Shown here: positions 1 to 10,850 of the stretch, in pieces
How the letters are laid out: each line of letters begins with the position of its first letter
Position numbering within the stretch: the first letter of the stretch is position 1
Origin: Octopus bimaculoides
Taxonomy: Eukaryota
Length of the DNA stretch: 33,482 bases
Direction of reading: 5' to 3'
Assembly (NCBI RefSeq): GCF_001194135.2
Contig: NC_068985.1
Span: 27,449,601 to 27,483,082, forward strand
The notes under the pieces: model-generated
The model's input: the letters and a program-made list of their open reading frames with translations, nothing else
The model's database searches: none
What the model was told of the DNA's origin: nothing
Translations under genes and position numbers: made by a program

Positions 1-269
1 TATATATATATATATATATATGTCTATCTACGTAGATAGATAGATAGATTGATAGCCGTTTCGTAAACTTCCCGTTGTACTAATTTCAGTACGCGAAATT
101 ATACGTACACGTGTGCATCAATATGCATGCTCATAATTATGCAACCCAATTATATATTCACAAATGAATACAGATAACTCATACGATAACTGGAACATCA
201 TAGTTGCACTTACGATACGAGTTGAATCACAGATGGAACTGCGATGTTCCGTTGATCACGAATGATTAA

Positions 270-725
270 CAAAGACAGCCACCAAATCTAAAAGAGTCTC
301 AACAAAGGCAAAATTCACACAAGGAAAGAGAAAGATGCAGATAGCTAAATGTGAAAACCTTTGTTGAGGGATATGGAAAATAGATATACGGAGTAAAACA
401 AAAATATTCACAAATGGGAATAAATTAGAGGCTAATGCAAACATGAACTGCAAAAGTAAAAAAAGCTCATATACTGCATCACATGCTCACATCGCAAAGA
501 GAATTATATCGACCGAACAGAATCAAAATTAATAAATCAGGCCCGGGCATATAAACAGTAAATCAAATATTTATCTCATAGAAATGTTCCGTGAAGTTAA
601 CATCGACACATTTGTCTAAATAGAAAACTGAAAGTATTCCCATTTTTTAAATATAAAGACAGAAAATGAGTTGCTACGAAAGGTAAAGGAAGTATATCTT
701 ATAAGAATTCTAAATCCGGAACTCT
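270..725 (+). mobile_element. Penelope-like element (PLE) GIY-YIG endonuclease relic, frameshifted and with stops
   Basis: Manual translation across frameshifts gives NANMNCKSK/KLIYCITCSHRKENYIDRT (443-519), matching the PLE CxSxNxIYxIxC..C...YIGxT pattern. It is followed by VFPFFK (about 634-651) and LLRKVKEVYLIRILNPEL (about 671-724), typical of the PLE endonuclease C-terminus. Confidence 0.75.
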
Positions 726-792
726 ACTGGAAGAACTCAACGCCGCTACTAAAAAGAAGTATCTCTTATATGGATTATCTTATATCATGTGT

Positions 793-1105
793 GTGGAGGC
801 GCAATGGCCCAGTGGTTAGGGCAGCGGACTCGCGGTTATAGGATCATGGTTTCGATTCCCAGACCGGGCGTTGTGAGTGTTTATTGAGCTAAAACACCTA
901 AAGCTCCACGAGGCTCCGGCAGGGGTTGGTGGCGAACCCTGCTGTACTCTTTCACTCATTATTTCTTTCTGCTGTACCTGTATTTCAAAGGGCCAGCCTT
1001 GTCACACTGTGTCACGCTGAATCTCCCCGAGAACTACGTCAAGGGTACACGTGTCTGTGGAGTGCTCAGCCACTTGCACGTTAATTTCACTAGCAGGCTG
1101 TTCCG
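793..1105 (+). mobile_element. tRNA(Arg-like)-headed SINE, type B, copy 1 (ends at a 10-N gap)
   Basis: A box TGGCCCAGTGG at 805-815, B box GTTTCGATTCC at 849-859, anticodon-like TCG loop. The body matches the copy at 15253-15575. Confidence 0.85.
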
Positions 1106-1115
1106 NNNNNNNNNN

Positions 1116-1457
1116 TGGAGGCGCAATGGCCCAGTGGTTAGGGCAGCGGACTCGCGGTTATAGGATCATGGTTTCGATTCCCAGACCGGGCGTTGTGAGT
1201 GTTTATTGAGCTAAAACACCTAAAGCTCCACGAGGCTCCGGCAGGGGTTGGTGGCGAACCCTGCTGTACTCTTTCACTCATTATTTCTTTCTGCTGTACC
1301 TGTATTTCAAAGGGCCAGCCTTGTCACACTGTGTCACGCTGAATCTCCCCGAGAACTACGTCAAGGGAGTGCTCAGCCACTTGCACGTTAATTTCACTAG
1401 CAGGCTGTTCCGTTGATTGGATCAACTGGAACCCGCGACGGAGTGACAATAACAACA
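1116..1457 (+). mobile_element. tRNA-headed SINE, type B, copy 2 with (ACA)n-like tail
   Basis: Identical to copy 1 except for a 15-bp deletion (TACACGTGTCTGTGG). A 12-bp TSD TATATCATGTGT at 781-792 and 1458-1469 brackets both copies. Confidence 0.85.
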
Positions 1458-1825
1458 TATATCATGTGTACTTGAAAGTTGAAAATAGCGAAAAGCCCTA
1501 AACAAAACATGAAAATTTCCTTACCTAAGATTTATGTTAATCTACTTTCGAAAACTTTTTAAAAAACAATTAGAATAATTTTTAGTTTAAAAAAATTCTT
1601 TCTTCATATAAATATATTAAGCAAATTGAGATTTCATCTTTTTTAAAAAAGTCTATTAAAACTCTGCCACGCTCGTATAATTCAAAGCGAGAGTAAAGGT
1701 ACTCAATACAGAAGTGTATTGCAAATGTTTATTATACTGCTGATATTACTCTCTGTTGTAAGTCAGAGTCTCTAGTATCTTGACCGTATAACTGGTGCAT
1801 TATACATAAGGCATAAAACAGACAG

Positions 1826-1872
1826 ACACACACACACGCACACACGCACACACACACACACACATACACATA
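1826..1872. repeat. (CA)n microsatellite
   Basis: Direct inspection. Confidence 0.9.
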
Positions 1873-2051
1873 CACTAATTATATGCGTGTTTACATAAAT
1901 ATACGGACCAACGTTTTCTTTCAAACATGTATAAAAAAGATGAGATGGGCGCAAGTATACACACACGCATACGCACATATTCACTCATGCTTTCACATTG
2001 ATTTATTTTTATTGCTTGGGAACATAGTTACCAGTAGAATGTTATTTTGTG

Positions 2052-2052
<1 letters not shown>

Positions 2053-2104
<52 letters not shown>
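2053..2104. repeat. (ATCT)n tetranucleotide microsatellite
   Basis: Direct inspection. Confidence 0.95.
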
Positions 2105-2105
<1 letters not shown>

Positions 2106-2296
2106 GATATTTGTGTATAGGCTTATTTAGTCATTGATTTCTGAATGTATGTGTGAATGTGTGTGTGTGCATGTGTGAATGTATGTAATGTGTCTATGAT
2201 TTACCTATTTGTCTCCTATTACTTTATCTTCAGGTGTGCATACATTTGTGCACACCAACCAGCTCAGGTATTCACTGCCCCAAAGAGAAGTCATGA

Positions 2297-2377
2297 CTAA
2301 GGTCGAATCGTTTGACTAAATTTCTTCAAGGCAATGCTCCAGCATGGCCGCAGTCTAACGATTAAAATAATAAAAAA
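2297..2377 (+). mobile_element. SINE 3'-tail fragment
   Basis: GGTCGAATCGTTTGACTAAA...GCTCCAGCATGGCCGCAGTC matches the type A SINE tail at about 10770-10835. Confidence 0.7.
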
Positions 2378-2385
2378 ACACACGA

Positions 2386-2418
<33 letters not shown>

Positions 2419-2422
<4 letters not shown>

Positions 2423-2810
2423 ATTTTATTTGTTTCAGTCATTTGAGTGCGGCCATGCTGGAGCACCACCTTTAGTCGAGCAAATCAACCCCAGGACTTA
2501 TTCTTTGTAAGTCTAGTACTCATTCTATCGGTCTGTTTTGCCGAACCGCTAAGTTACGGGGACGTAAACACACCTGCATCGGTTGTCAAGCGATGTTGGG
2601 GGACAAACAGACACACAAACACACATATATATATATATACATATACATATATACGACGGGCTTCTTTCAGTTTCCGTCTACCAAATCCACTCACAAGGCT
2701 TTGGTCGGCCCGAGGCTATAGTAGAAGACACTTGCCCAAGGTGCCACGCATTGGGACTGAACCGGAAATATGTGGTTGGTAAGCAGGCTCCTTACCACAC
2801 AGCCACTCCT
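2419..2810 (-). mobile_element. tRNA-derived SINE type A (CORE-like CCTTGGGCAAGT segment, internal TA/CA microsatellite)
   Basis: Near-identical reverse complement of 10243-10850, and near-identical to 26608-27016 on the same strand. This family produces the repeated ORF-track peptides RRASFSFRLPNPLTRLWSARG. Confidence 0.9.
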
Positions 2811-3334
2811 ATACACACAAATATATATGCAAATGTAAATATATGCATTATTTGTACATGTAGATGTACATAATATATTTTGCATACACACATAGATATA
2901 TGTATGTATATATGTATGCATGCATGTATGCTTGTATGCATGCATGCAAATATATAGATTACTTCGATATTTAAACAGTTACATTGATACACATATAATA
3001 CTAGAATCGCTATTCAGATTGACAGACTGACAGACAGACAGCCACAGAGATAGACTAAAAGATAGATTAATAGGCAAGTTGTTATGCAACTACTCTTGTT
3101 GAAGTAGAGAAAGCGAGGCTATACTACTTCGTCATAAAATAGACTGCATGTCTACGTTTTAACTGATATTAACTAAATGTACCTTGTTGCTATAGGTTTC
3201 CGACAGGAGTCTTTAAACAGCAAATGTTATCTCTGTATCAGTACATATTTCTGCAAAATATTTTAGCTTATATTGAATGTAGACAGACATATAGCAAAAT
3301 GCTTCCGAATCACAATGAAATAGCCTCAACAGCA

Positions 3335-3425
3335 GCAAGTACAACAACGACAACAACAACAACAACAGCATTAGTAGTGGCAGCAACAACAATAACAACA
3401 ATAATAGCAACAAAACATCAACAAC
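3335..3425. repeat. (ACA)n/(GCA)n trinucleotide low-complexity tract
   Basis: Direct inspection. Confidence 0.8.
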
Positions 3426-3597
3426 TTAAGTAGCAAAAATGAAATACTGATATTTTTTTTATATGACATATACAGGCGAGTAAAAGAATGAAAATAAATG
3501 GGGAAAATTAATAATAATGATTTTATTTATAAGCCAAAAGGGGCCAAGACGTTTGGGCTTAGCACCAAGATGAAATATAATACAAAATAATCCCTAA

Positions 3598-3785
3598 AAT
3601 AGGTACAAGACTAAAACTTTGGGGGAAGGTGGCTTATCAATCAAAATGAATCCAACGCTGCCCTGTTACTTTACTTTATCGATAGCAAAAGGAAGGCTAA
3701 GTTGTTCTCGGCAGGATTTGAATTCAGAACTTGATGAAACGTAACTTAAGATCACGAAGTACCTGTGCGACGCTTTAATGAATTT
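3598..3785 (-). mobile_element. Old, degenerate type C SINE (Deu/Nin-domain-like)
   Basis: Colinear, degenerate similarity to 19905-20114 (TTTATCGATAGCAAAAGG...CTCGGCAGGATTTGAATTCAGAAC). Confidence 0.55.
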
Positions 3786-3789
3786 GCCA

Positions 3790-3804
3790 TTAATAATAAT
3801 AATG

Positions 3805-3877
<73 letters not shown>
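3790..3877. repeat. (TAA)n microsatellite
   Basis: Direct inspection. Confidence 0.95.
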
Positions 3878-4103
3878 GACCTGGAAATAGAGATAACTCG
3901 AATGTGGAATCTAAAAACAGAAACAATTCCTATCATAGTAGGTGCCTTAGGTATAATAAAAAAATATTCAGACAAATACATAACAAAAATAGCAGGACTT
4001 ACAAATATATATAACATACAGAAAATTGCACTACTGGGTACTGCACACATTCTACGCAAAACACTTTCAATACAGTAAACATAAGAGCACCACAGCAAAC
4101 CAC
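3878..4103 (+). mobile_element. 5'-truncated Dong/R4-clade non-LTR retrotransposon 3' end (restriction-like endonuclease C-terminus plus start of 3' UTR)
   Basis: The frame 3878-4078 is open: DLEIEITRMWNLKTETIPIIVGALGIIKKYSDKYITKIAGLTNIYNIQKIALLGTAHILRKTLSIQ*. This matches the R4/Dong RLE motif (KY)xDLxxEIxRMW...PIIVGALG...Q..ALLGTAHILR. It begins directly after (TAA)n and runs into an N gap. Confidence 0.85.
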
Positions 4104-5604
4104 NNNNNNNNNNNNNNNNNNNNNNNNNNNNNNNNNNNNNNNNNNNNNNNNNNNNNNNNNNNNNNNNNNNNNNNNNNNNNNNNNNNNNNNNNNNNNNNNN
4201 NNNNNNNNNNNNNNNNNNNNNNNNNNNNNNNNNNNNNNNNNNNNNNNNNNNNNNNNNNNNNNNNNNNNNNNNNNNNNNNNNNNNNNNNNNNNNNNNNNNN
4301 NNNNNNNNNNNNNNNNNNNNNNNNNNNNNNNNNNNNNNNNNNNNNNNNNNNNNNNNNNNNNNNNNNNNNNNNNNNNNNNNNNNNNNNNNNNNNNNNNNNN
4401 NNNNNNNNNNNNNNNNNNNNNNNNNNNNNNNNNNNNNNNNNNNNNNNNNNNNNNNNNNNNNNNNNNNNNNNNNNNNNNNNNNNNNNNNNNNNNNNNNNNN
4501 NNNNNNNNNNNNNNNNNNNNNNNNNNNNNNNNNNNNNNNNNNNNNNNNNNNNNNNNNNNNNNNNNNNNNNNNNNNNNNNNNNNNNNNNNNNNNNNNNNNN
4601 NNNNNNNNNNNNNNNNNNNNNNNNNNNNNNNNNNNNNNNNNNNNNNNNNNNNNNNNNNNNNNNNNNNNNNNNNNNNNNNNNNNNNNNNNNNNNNNNNNNN
4701 NNNNNNNNNNNNNNNNNNNNNNNNNNNNNNNNNNNNNNNNNNNNNNNNNNNATATATATATATATATATACTGCTTAAGTTGTATTTGGTCTTCATGACC
4801 CCGTTAACTTAACTATCTTTCAACCAGTATTCGAGTAAACTCGAAAGCACCACTTAGCACCTTCTAAGAACATTTGAGGTTGAAATACTCCGACGTCTTA
4901 ATGATATTCTTAAGGATATACCCCAACATCTTAAGGCTATATTTCGATATAATGTCTTAATTTTAATTTTAATTAAGAGAGATCTACTTTCTGTATATGG
5001 TTTATATTCCGGACATAATTGCCTAAGTGTTATTGCAACTTCTGAAAATATGTCACACCACTGATGCATAATTTTGTTTAGTAAACGCTTGATTTTTCAA
5101 TGAACGGAGAAAGTTCCTGTTCATCTTCGTCTGGGCTCTTCTTTATTTTCTTGTGCAGGAATTTCGTTTTCATATAGAATAAATTGTTCCTCTTTACCCG
5201 GTTTCGTTTTTTAGTGATATGTCTTATCTTTTGTGATTTTCCTACTTTTTTACCTTTCGTACTTTTCTCTGTGCTATTTCATCCTCATCATACGATGAAA
5301 GTTTAGTGCTTACGATTGGTACTGTTAGAAGAGAAAGCATCTGTTTATCTATATGTGATACTTGACTTAAAGGTATTTCCTTTGTTACTTCCAAAGTTTT
5401 GACTACCGGTGCACTGAAAACTGGGTTTGTCGTTCGCTAACTTCCATAATCTGTTTTCCGTGACTTTGGATATATGTCCACAGGTTTCCTGTGACTCGTA
5501 CAGTTAGGAAAACTATTATCTTCCTTTTGTTTCCGAAGTTTCCATTTCACAGCATGTATGTGTCAAATATGTGTTATAAACATAGATTCTCATGTATGTG
5601 AGAA

Positions 5605-6179
5605 TATGAGTTAATAAATAATATATTGCTTTCTTAGGTCCATTTGTAAATATTTTCAAGCCAGTCCACATAGATATAGAAGAAAGTCTTCTGTTAGTAA
5701 TATTTTCATGGAATTTATCTGTATTCGATATCTTAGTACAATCGGCATAGCGCATGAGAATAGCCGCACCGACGACCGACTGAGACTGACAGAATCATTG
5801 TAAACAATAACAGCTCTGCGATAGTCCCTGTGGTAAACTGCAGGAAATAGTTGAGCCTTCACAGACGCCACTATTGGCTGCACAACTTGACTTCTGTCAT
5901 TTAGGATGTCATACTACTAGCAATTCACCGAGTTTTCCAATTATTCTGACATCACGAACTTTGTGGTAAGCTATCCGATGATCCACTTTGCTGAAAGACT
6001 CTGCAAAGTTCACGAACGACAGTATTTGATTGGTTGAGCAGCTGCTTTAGCGTGCAGTCATAATACTGTCGCAGTTTTGTGAGACAGCGTTTGCCTGGAT
6101 AAAAACCATGTTGAGTTTTACTTAGTAAGTTATTTTATTTTAGCAACGTAATCAGTTTTCCCTTGATGATTCGTTCCAT
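5605..6179 (-). mobile_element. CR1-like LINE reverse transcriptase relic
   Basis: Minus-strand translation with stops and frameshifts: MERIIKGKLITLLK*NNLLSKTQHGFYPGKRCLTKL (QHGF motif), FAESFSKVDH (DFxKAFDxVDH), LPQG (GVPQG), YADCTKIS (YADD) and LENIYKWT*ESN (LxxIYxWAxxNNMxFN). Confidence 0.85.
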
Positions 6180-6224
6180 GACATTGCTGATATGTGAAGA
6201 CAGAGATATAGGTCGGTAAATTTG

Positions 6225-6296
<72 letters not shown>

Positions 6297-6325
6297 GTCT
6301 GTCTGTCTATCTGTCTATCGATCCA
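6225..6325. repeat. (ATCT)n/(GTCT)n microsatellite
   Basis: Direct inspection. Confidence 0.95.
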
Positions 6326-6939
6326 CCTATCGATCAATCTGTGTGTGTGTATGTTTCTAAGTGTGCATGTGCGTGCGTGTGTGCGTATGTCCACGCGTGC
6401 ATGCATGTGTGAATAAGAAATCATTACTCGAAAAATGTCATGAGTCTGCTAAACTGCAGCTGCTATGTGTCTATGGAATTTCAAGTCTCTATTAATGATC
6501 ACGCCAAGACACTCCAATTAATCAACAGCTTTCTGAATATGTCTCTTCATTTCGTAAAAGTAATATAGATATTAATTAATTAATTATCCTGCTAGTGTAG
6601 TTCAAAGAATATATTTCTTTATATCAACAGCAAACATGGACACTAAATATAAAGATAGACAGGATATAAATAGGATAGAAATCGAGTATCAGACAGGTCT
6701 AGAAATCATATCGCTTTGTTTCCGCCATTTTCTCCACGTACGTATTACTACAACAGGAGCTTAGTCGTGCTATATAGTACTTCATACTGCCATACGAAGA
6801 ATTAGTATATTGGAATAACTTAGTACGCTTTGATGACATCACCAATCTCATCAATTTCCTTTCATCTAAATGATCTTTCTCTATCTCTTTCTCTCCTCCT
6901 TCACACATTTGCAAAAAGGCATATATATATATATATGTA

Positions 6940-7010
6940 CTATGTATGTATGTATGTATGTATGTATGTATGTATGTATGTATGTATCTATCTATCTATC
7001 TATCTACCTA
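6940..7010. repeat. (TATG)n followed by (TCTA)n compound microsatellite
   Basis: Direct inspection. Confidence 0.9.
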
Positions 7011-7231
7011 TCTGTATCTACATGAATGCACACATACATAAATGTGTGTATATATACACAAACATATGTGTATATGTATGTATGCGTGCATATATATGCA
7101 GAAATGTGTTCAAAGGCTGTTTGCAGTCGAGTGAAAAGGGACCCAATATATTATGTAGAGTATATACAGAGTATATTTTAAACTGAATTACTGAGTTTTA
7201 CTTAATAGTTATCATCAGACATATTACTTTC

Positions 7232-7268
7232 TTTTACACACACACACACACACACACCCACACACACC

Positions 7269-7299
<31 letters not shown>

Positions 7300-7325
7300 C
7301 CACACACACCCACATNNNNNNNNNN

Positions 7326-7388
<63 letters not shown>

Positions 7389-7400
7389 TACATACACACA
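7232..7400. repeat. (CA)n microsatellite spanning a 10-N gap
   Basis: Direct inspection. Confidence 0.9.
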
Positions 7401-8298
7401 CATTTTAAAAAGTTTTAGAAACTTTTGATATAAAGAGATTTTTGATTCAGTCATAATATTCAGAAAAAGATTTTCCTAAAAATTATAAAATTTCATAAAA
7501 GATTTTTTAAAATGCAGATTAACGCAGATATAGTGGAAGGATAGTTTCGAAGTAAGCGCTCATATTTAATAGTCATAGTCTGCTTCTAGTCTTGAATACT
7601 TTATATATATTTGTCAGATTTGAACTATCCTTTGAATTCTGAAACTCTTTCTTGGGTACCAGCCTGGACAATGTTGTTTTTTTTTTCATGGAAGTCATAA
7701 GTTGTCCATGTGACATGTTTCCTTTGATTGTGCCAAGAGAAAAGCAAAAGCTGAGACTAGTTAACAACCGTGTTATCGCAGGCAACCTCACAATGTAAAG
7801 ATTCGAAAGAGACATGGCATTTGTCCAACGCTAAAACAATTACATTCCTTGGCTGATACATTATTTCATCAACCCCCGAAATTAAAGTAGAATCAATGAA
7901 ATTTGAACTGTGGATATAAAAAACTAACCGTAACAAATACAGCAATTTCTTTTGCCTGGCGGCTTGATGACTCTACTTATGCAGCATCGTATACATGTAT
8001 GTATGTATGTATGTATGTATGTATGTATGTATGTATGTATGTATGAGAGAGCAGCACGTGCCATCAAAGTGACGCTGGGCTATAAACATACGAAGTCCAA
8101 TACATGCATCAAAACCATATGTGTGCGATTTGGAGATCTCATATCAAGATAAACAGAACATGACCTTGTAGCTGAGGTCCAGTTAGAATTTTTTTCAGGT
8201 CGAATGGCCTATGCCACCAAAAATGTCCCTGGATAAAGTTTGTCTAAGGATGATGAACGAAACACTCATGTTTTCGGTGTTGAATTATAGAATACCTG

Positions 8299-8885
8299 AG
8301 CATTAACAGGAGTAATGATGCATCTTTCATTATGCACATTATTAAGATGACAAAGAAACGTAGACGGGTGGCCAGATGGATTCTAAGAATTTTCAGAACA
8401 AGAGGAAGCCGCCATCGTTTTATGAACAACGTTTGTCCTTAGCTGACTAAATTATTGTTCTCAATTATGATCACCACATAGTGTCAAGTTAGTGGGGCAA
8501 CTTGAAGCATTCCACAGCAACTTCACAACGAAAATTGCATCAGTGCATCAGGTCAGCTACTGAAATAAGGCTGAAGAAGCCAAGACTAGATTCCATAGAA
8601 GAAAAATCAAGAAAGATAGGCAGTATTATATATTTGAAAGATTCTGGAAGGGGTTGGGCCAAGCTTTAACACTGAAAGCTACTCTTATCCTCGAACAGGG
8701 CACCACTGTACAGTACCAAAAACCACTTTTTTATCATCCAAATTTAGGACCAAACAATACAACAGCATACGATTCAAAGGTTCACAGCAGTTCAATATCT
8801 TACCCAAAGCATTAAGAAACCTACATGTGCTGATATAGATGTCTTTGTAAGGTAACTAGACCTTCTGCTGCCTAAAATTCCAAAT
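8299..8885 (+). mobile_element. CR1-like LINE ORF2 C-terminal relic
   Basis: Translation across frameshifts gives SNDASFIMHIIKMTKKRRRVARWILRIFRTR, FVLS*LNYCSQL*SPHSVKL...LEAFHSNFTTKIAS, SY*..RLKKPRL and FNILPKALRNL. These are the standard post-RT CR1/L2-type motifs (L.YCSQLWSP, LEAxQRxFTKxI, Y.ERLxxL). Confidence 0.85.
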
Positions 8886-9260
8886 TATATAATACATCTG
8901 TTTGTTGTTTACACAGCCGTCTTCGTCTTTTGTTTCTTTTTGTAAATTCTCACTATATACATATATATATATANNNNNNNNNNNNNNNNNNNNNNNNNNN
9001 NNNNNNNNNNNNNNNNNNNNNNNNNNNNNNNNNNNNNNNNNNNNNNNNNNNNNNNNNNNNNNNNNNNNNNNNNNNNNNNNNNNNNNNNNNNNNNNNNNNN
9101 NNNNNNNNNNNNNNNNNNNNNNNNNNNNNNNNNNNNNNNNNNNNNNNNNNNNNNNNNNNNNNNNNNNNNNNNNNNNNNNNNNNNNNNNNNNNNNNNNNNN
9201 NNNNNNNNNNNNNNNNNNNNNNNNNNNNNNNNNNNNNNNNNNNNNNNNNNNNNNNNNNNN

Positions 9261-9305
<45 letters not shown>

Positions 9306-9989
9306 TCAAAAAGGACTTAGCAAATCCTATCAGCTGGGGCTATTAAGTTAGACATGGTCTGGTCCAGTCTTTGGTCGAAACATATCTAAGTTATCTAAGT
9401 ATATGCATGTATATTATTTATCTGTATATTTATACACATACATATTTTCGTAATATGTATGCATAAAGACATATACACGCATCTCTCTGTCTATACGTAT
9501 GTATGCGTGCATATGTGTGTATGTGTGCGCGCACGTTTTACTGGAAACCCTTATATAAGATGGCAGAGATCGAAATCTGAATTCTTTCTATGATTCAATA
9601 GACTTTGACTGTGTCTGTAGTTAATGCACAGTGATGATTGACTATATTGCACAGAAACACACAGGTAATATACATACATGGATACCTACCTACATATAAA
9701 TACCTAGATACATTAAGTAGTTATTTCATTGAAGTAGCGTTTTACAATGAAGTTGCTATCAACCGTTGATCATCAGCATTGAATAAATACTTAGGTATGC
9801 TGTTATTTCAGTTGTTCAGCTGATATAACTAAACACTTTACTAATGTCTCTTATACTTAACACCAATCACAACTAAATTTCTAGAATAAGTGTTGTTCTG
9901 TATATCAAGTTATCTCGAACAAATGTTCATTTCTACGAATACATCTTTTTTGTCTTCCTTTTCCAACCTTCTCTCTTTCTTTCATGCTC

Positions 9990-9994
9990 ATAAT

Positions 9995-10031
<37 letters not shown>

Positions 10032-10035
10032 TTCT
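9990..10035. repeat. (CTTT)n tract
   Basis: Direct inspection. Confidence 0.85.
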
Positions 10036-10242
10036 CTTCCCTTTGTAATTTCTTTCTTCCTCTCTATGACAACAGAGATATCTAAGAAGATCGTTCATAG
10101 CATTTGCATGTACTTTGCCAGTCGATAAGCATGCATAGTTATAGTGTATTATCTCACGACACCGGTGAACGTCGTATTATGAAATGCAGCCTCTTACCCA
10201 GCAAACCCTGCACTCTGCTTCCGGGTTTTTTTTTTACTTTAC

Positions 10243-10850
10243 TGGCTGTGTGGTAAGTAGCTTGCTTACCAACCACATGGTTCCGGGTTCAGTCCCACTG
10301 CATGGCACCTTGGGCAAGTGTCTTGTACTATAGCCTCGAGCCGACCAAAGCCTTGTGAGTGGATTTAGTAGACGGAAACTGAAAGAAGCCCGTCGTATAT
10401 ATGTATATGTATATATATATATATGTGTGGGAGAATATACAAATAATAACAACAGACGAGGACAGGTAGTGTAAATAACAAAAGTATATATTAGTATGAC
10501 GCTCGGGAATACGGANNNNNNNNNNATATATATATATGTGTGGGAGAATATACAAATAATAACAACAGACGAGGACAGGTAGTGTAAATAACAAAAGTAT
10601 ATATTAGTATGACGCTCGGGAATACGGAAAGTCTTTGACGTGTGTCTGTGTTTGTCGCCCCAACATCGCTTGACAACCGATGCTGGTGTGTTTACGTCCC
10701 CGTAACATTAGCGGTTCGGCAAAAAAGACCGATAGAATAAGTACTAGGCTTACAAAGAATAAGTCCTGGGGTCGATTTGCTCGACTAAAGGTGGTGCTCC
10801 AGCATGGCCGCAGTCAAATGACTGAAACAAGTAAAAGAGTAAAAGAGAGT
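10243..10850 (+). mobile_element. tRNA-derived SINE type A, near full length, with a nested insert in its internal microsatellite
   Basis: Head TGGCTGTGTGGTAAG...GGTTCAGTCCC, CORE-like CCTTGGGCAAGTG, tail GACTGAAACAAGTAAAAGAGTAAAAGA. It is homologous to 2419-2810 and 26608-27016. Confidence 0.9.
10542..10640. other. About 99-bp non-SINE insert inside the SINE microsatellite (first 87 bp also repeated at 10429-10515 across a 10-N gap)
   Basis: Absent from the other type A copies and flanked by TGTG on both sides. Confidence 0.7.

Noticed and set aside
1470-1500. CTTGAAAG...GCGAAAAG as a hammerhead downstream of the GIY-YIG relic
   Set aside because: The core, helix III and helix I do not fit.
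3999-4796. Long ORFs containing X runs (also at 8.9-9.3, 11.9-12.1, 15.6-16.3, 17.6-17.8, 18.3-18.9, 20.6-21.4 and 23.1-23.9 kb)
   Set aside because: They are open only because N gaps contain no stop codons.
6780-6875. FILPYEELVYWNNLVRFDDI, resembling an RT xDD motif or an exostosin segment
   Set aside because: Too short, bounded by stops, with no supporting motifs or splice signals.
7570-7950. Possible piggyBac-like transposase relic
   Set aside because: No ordered motif series could be recovered in any frame.
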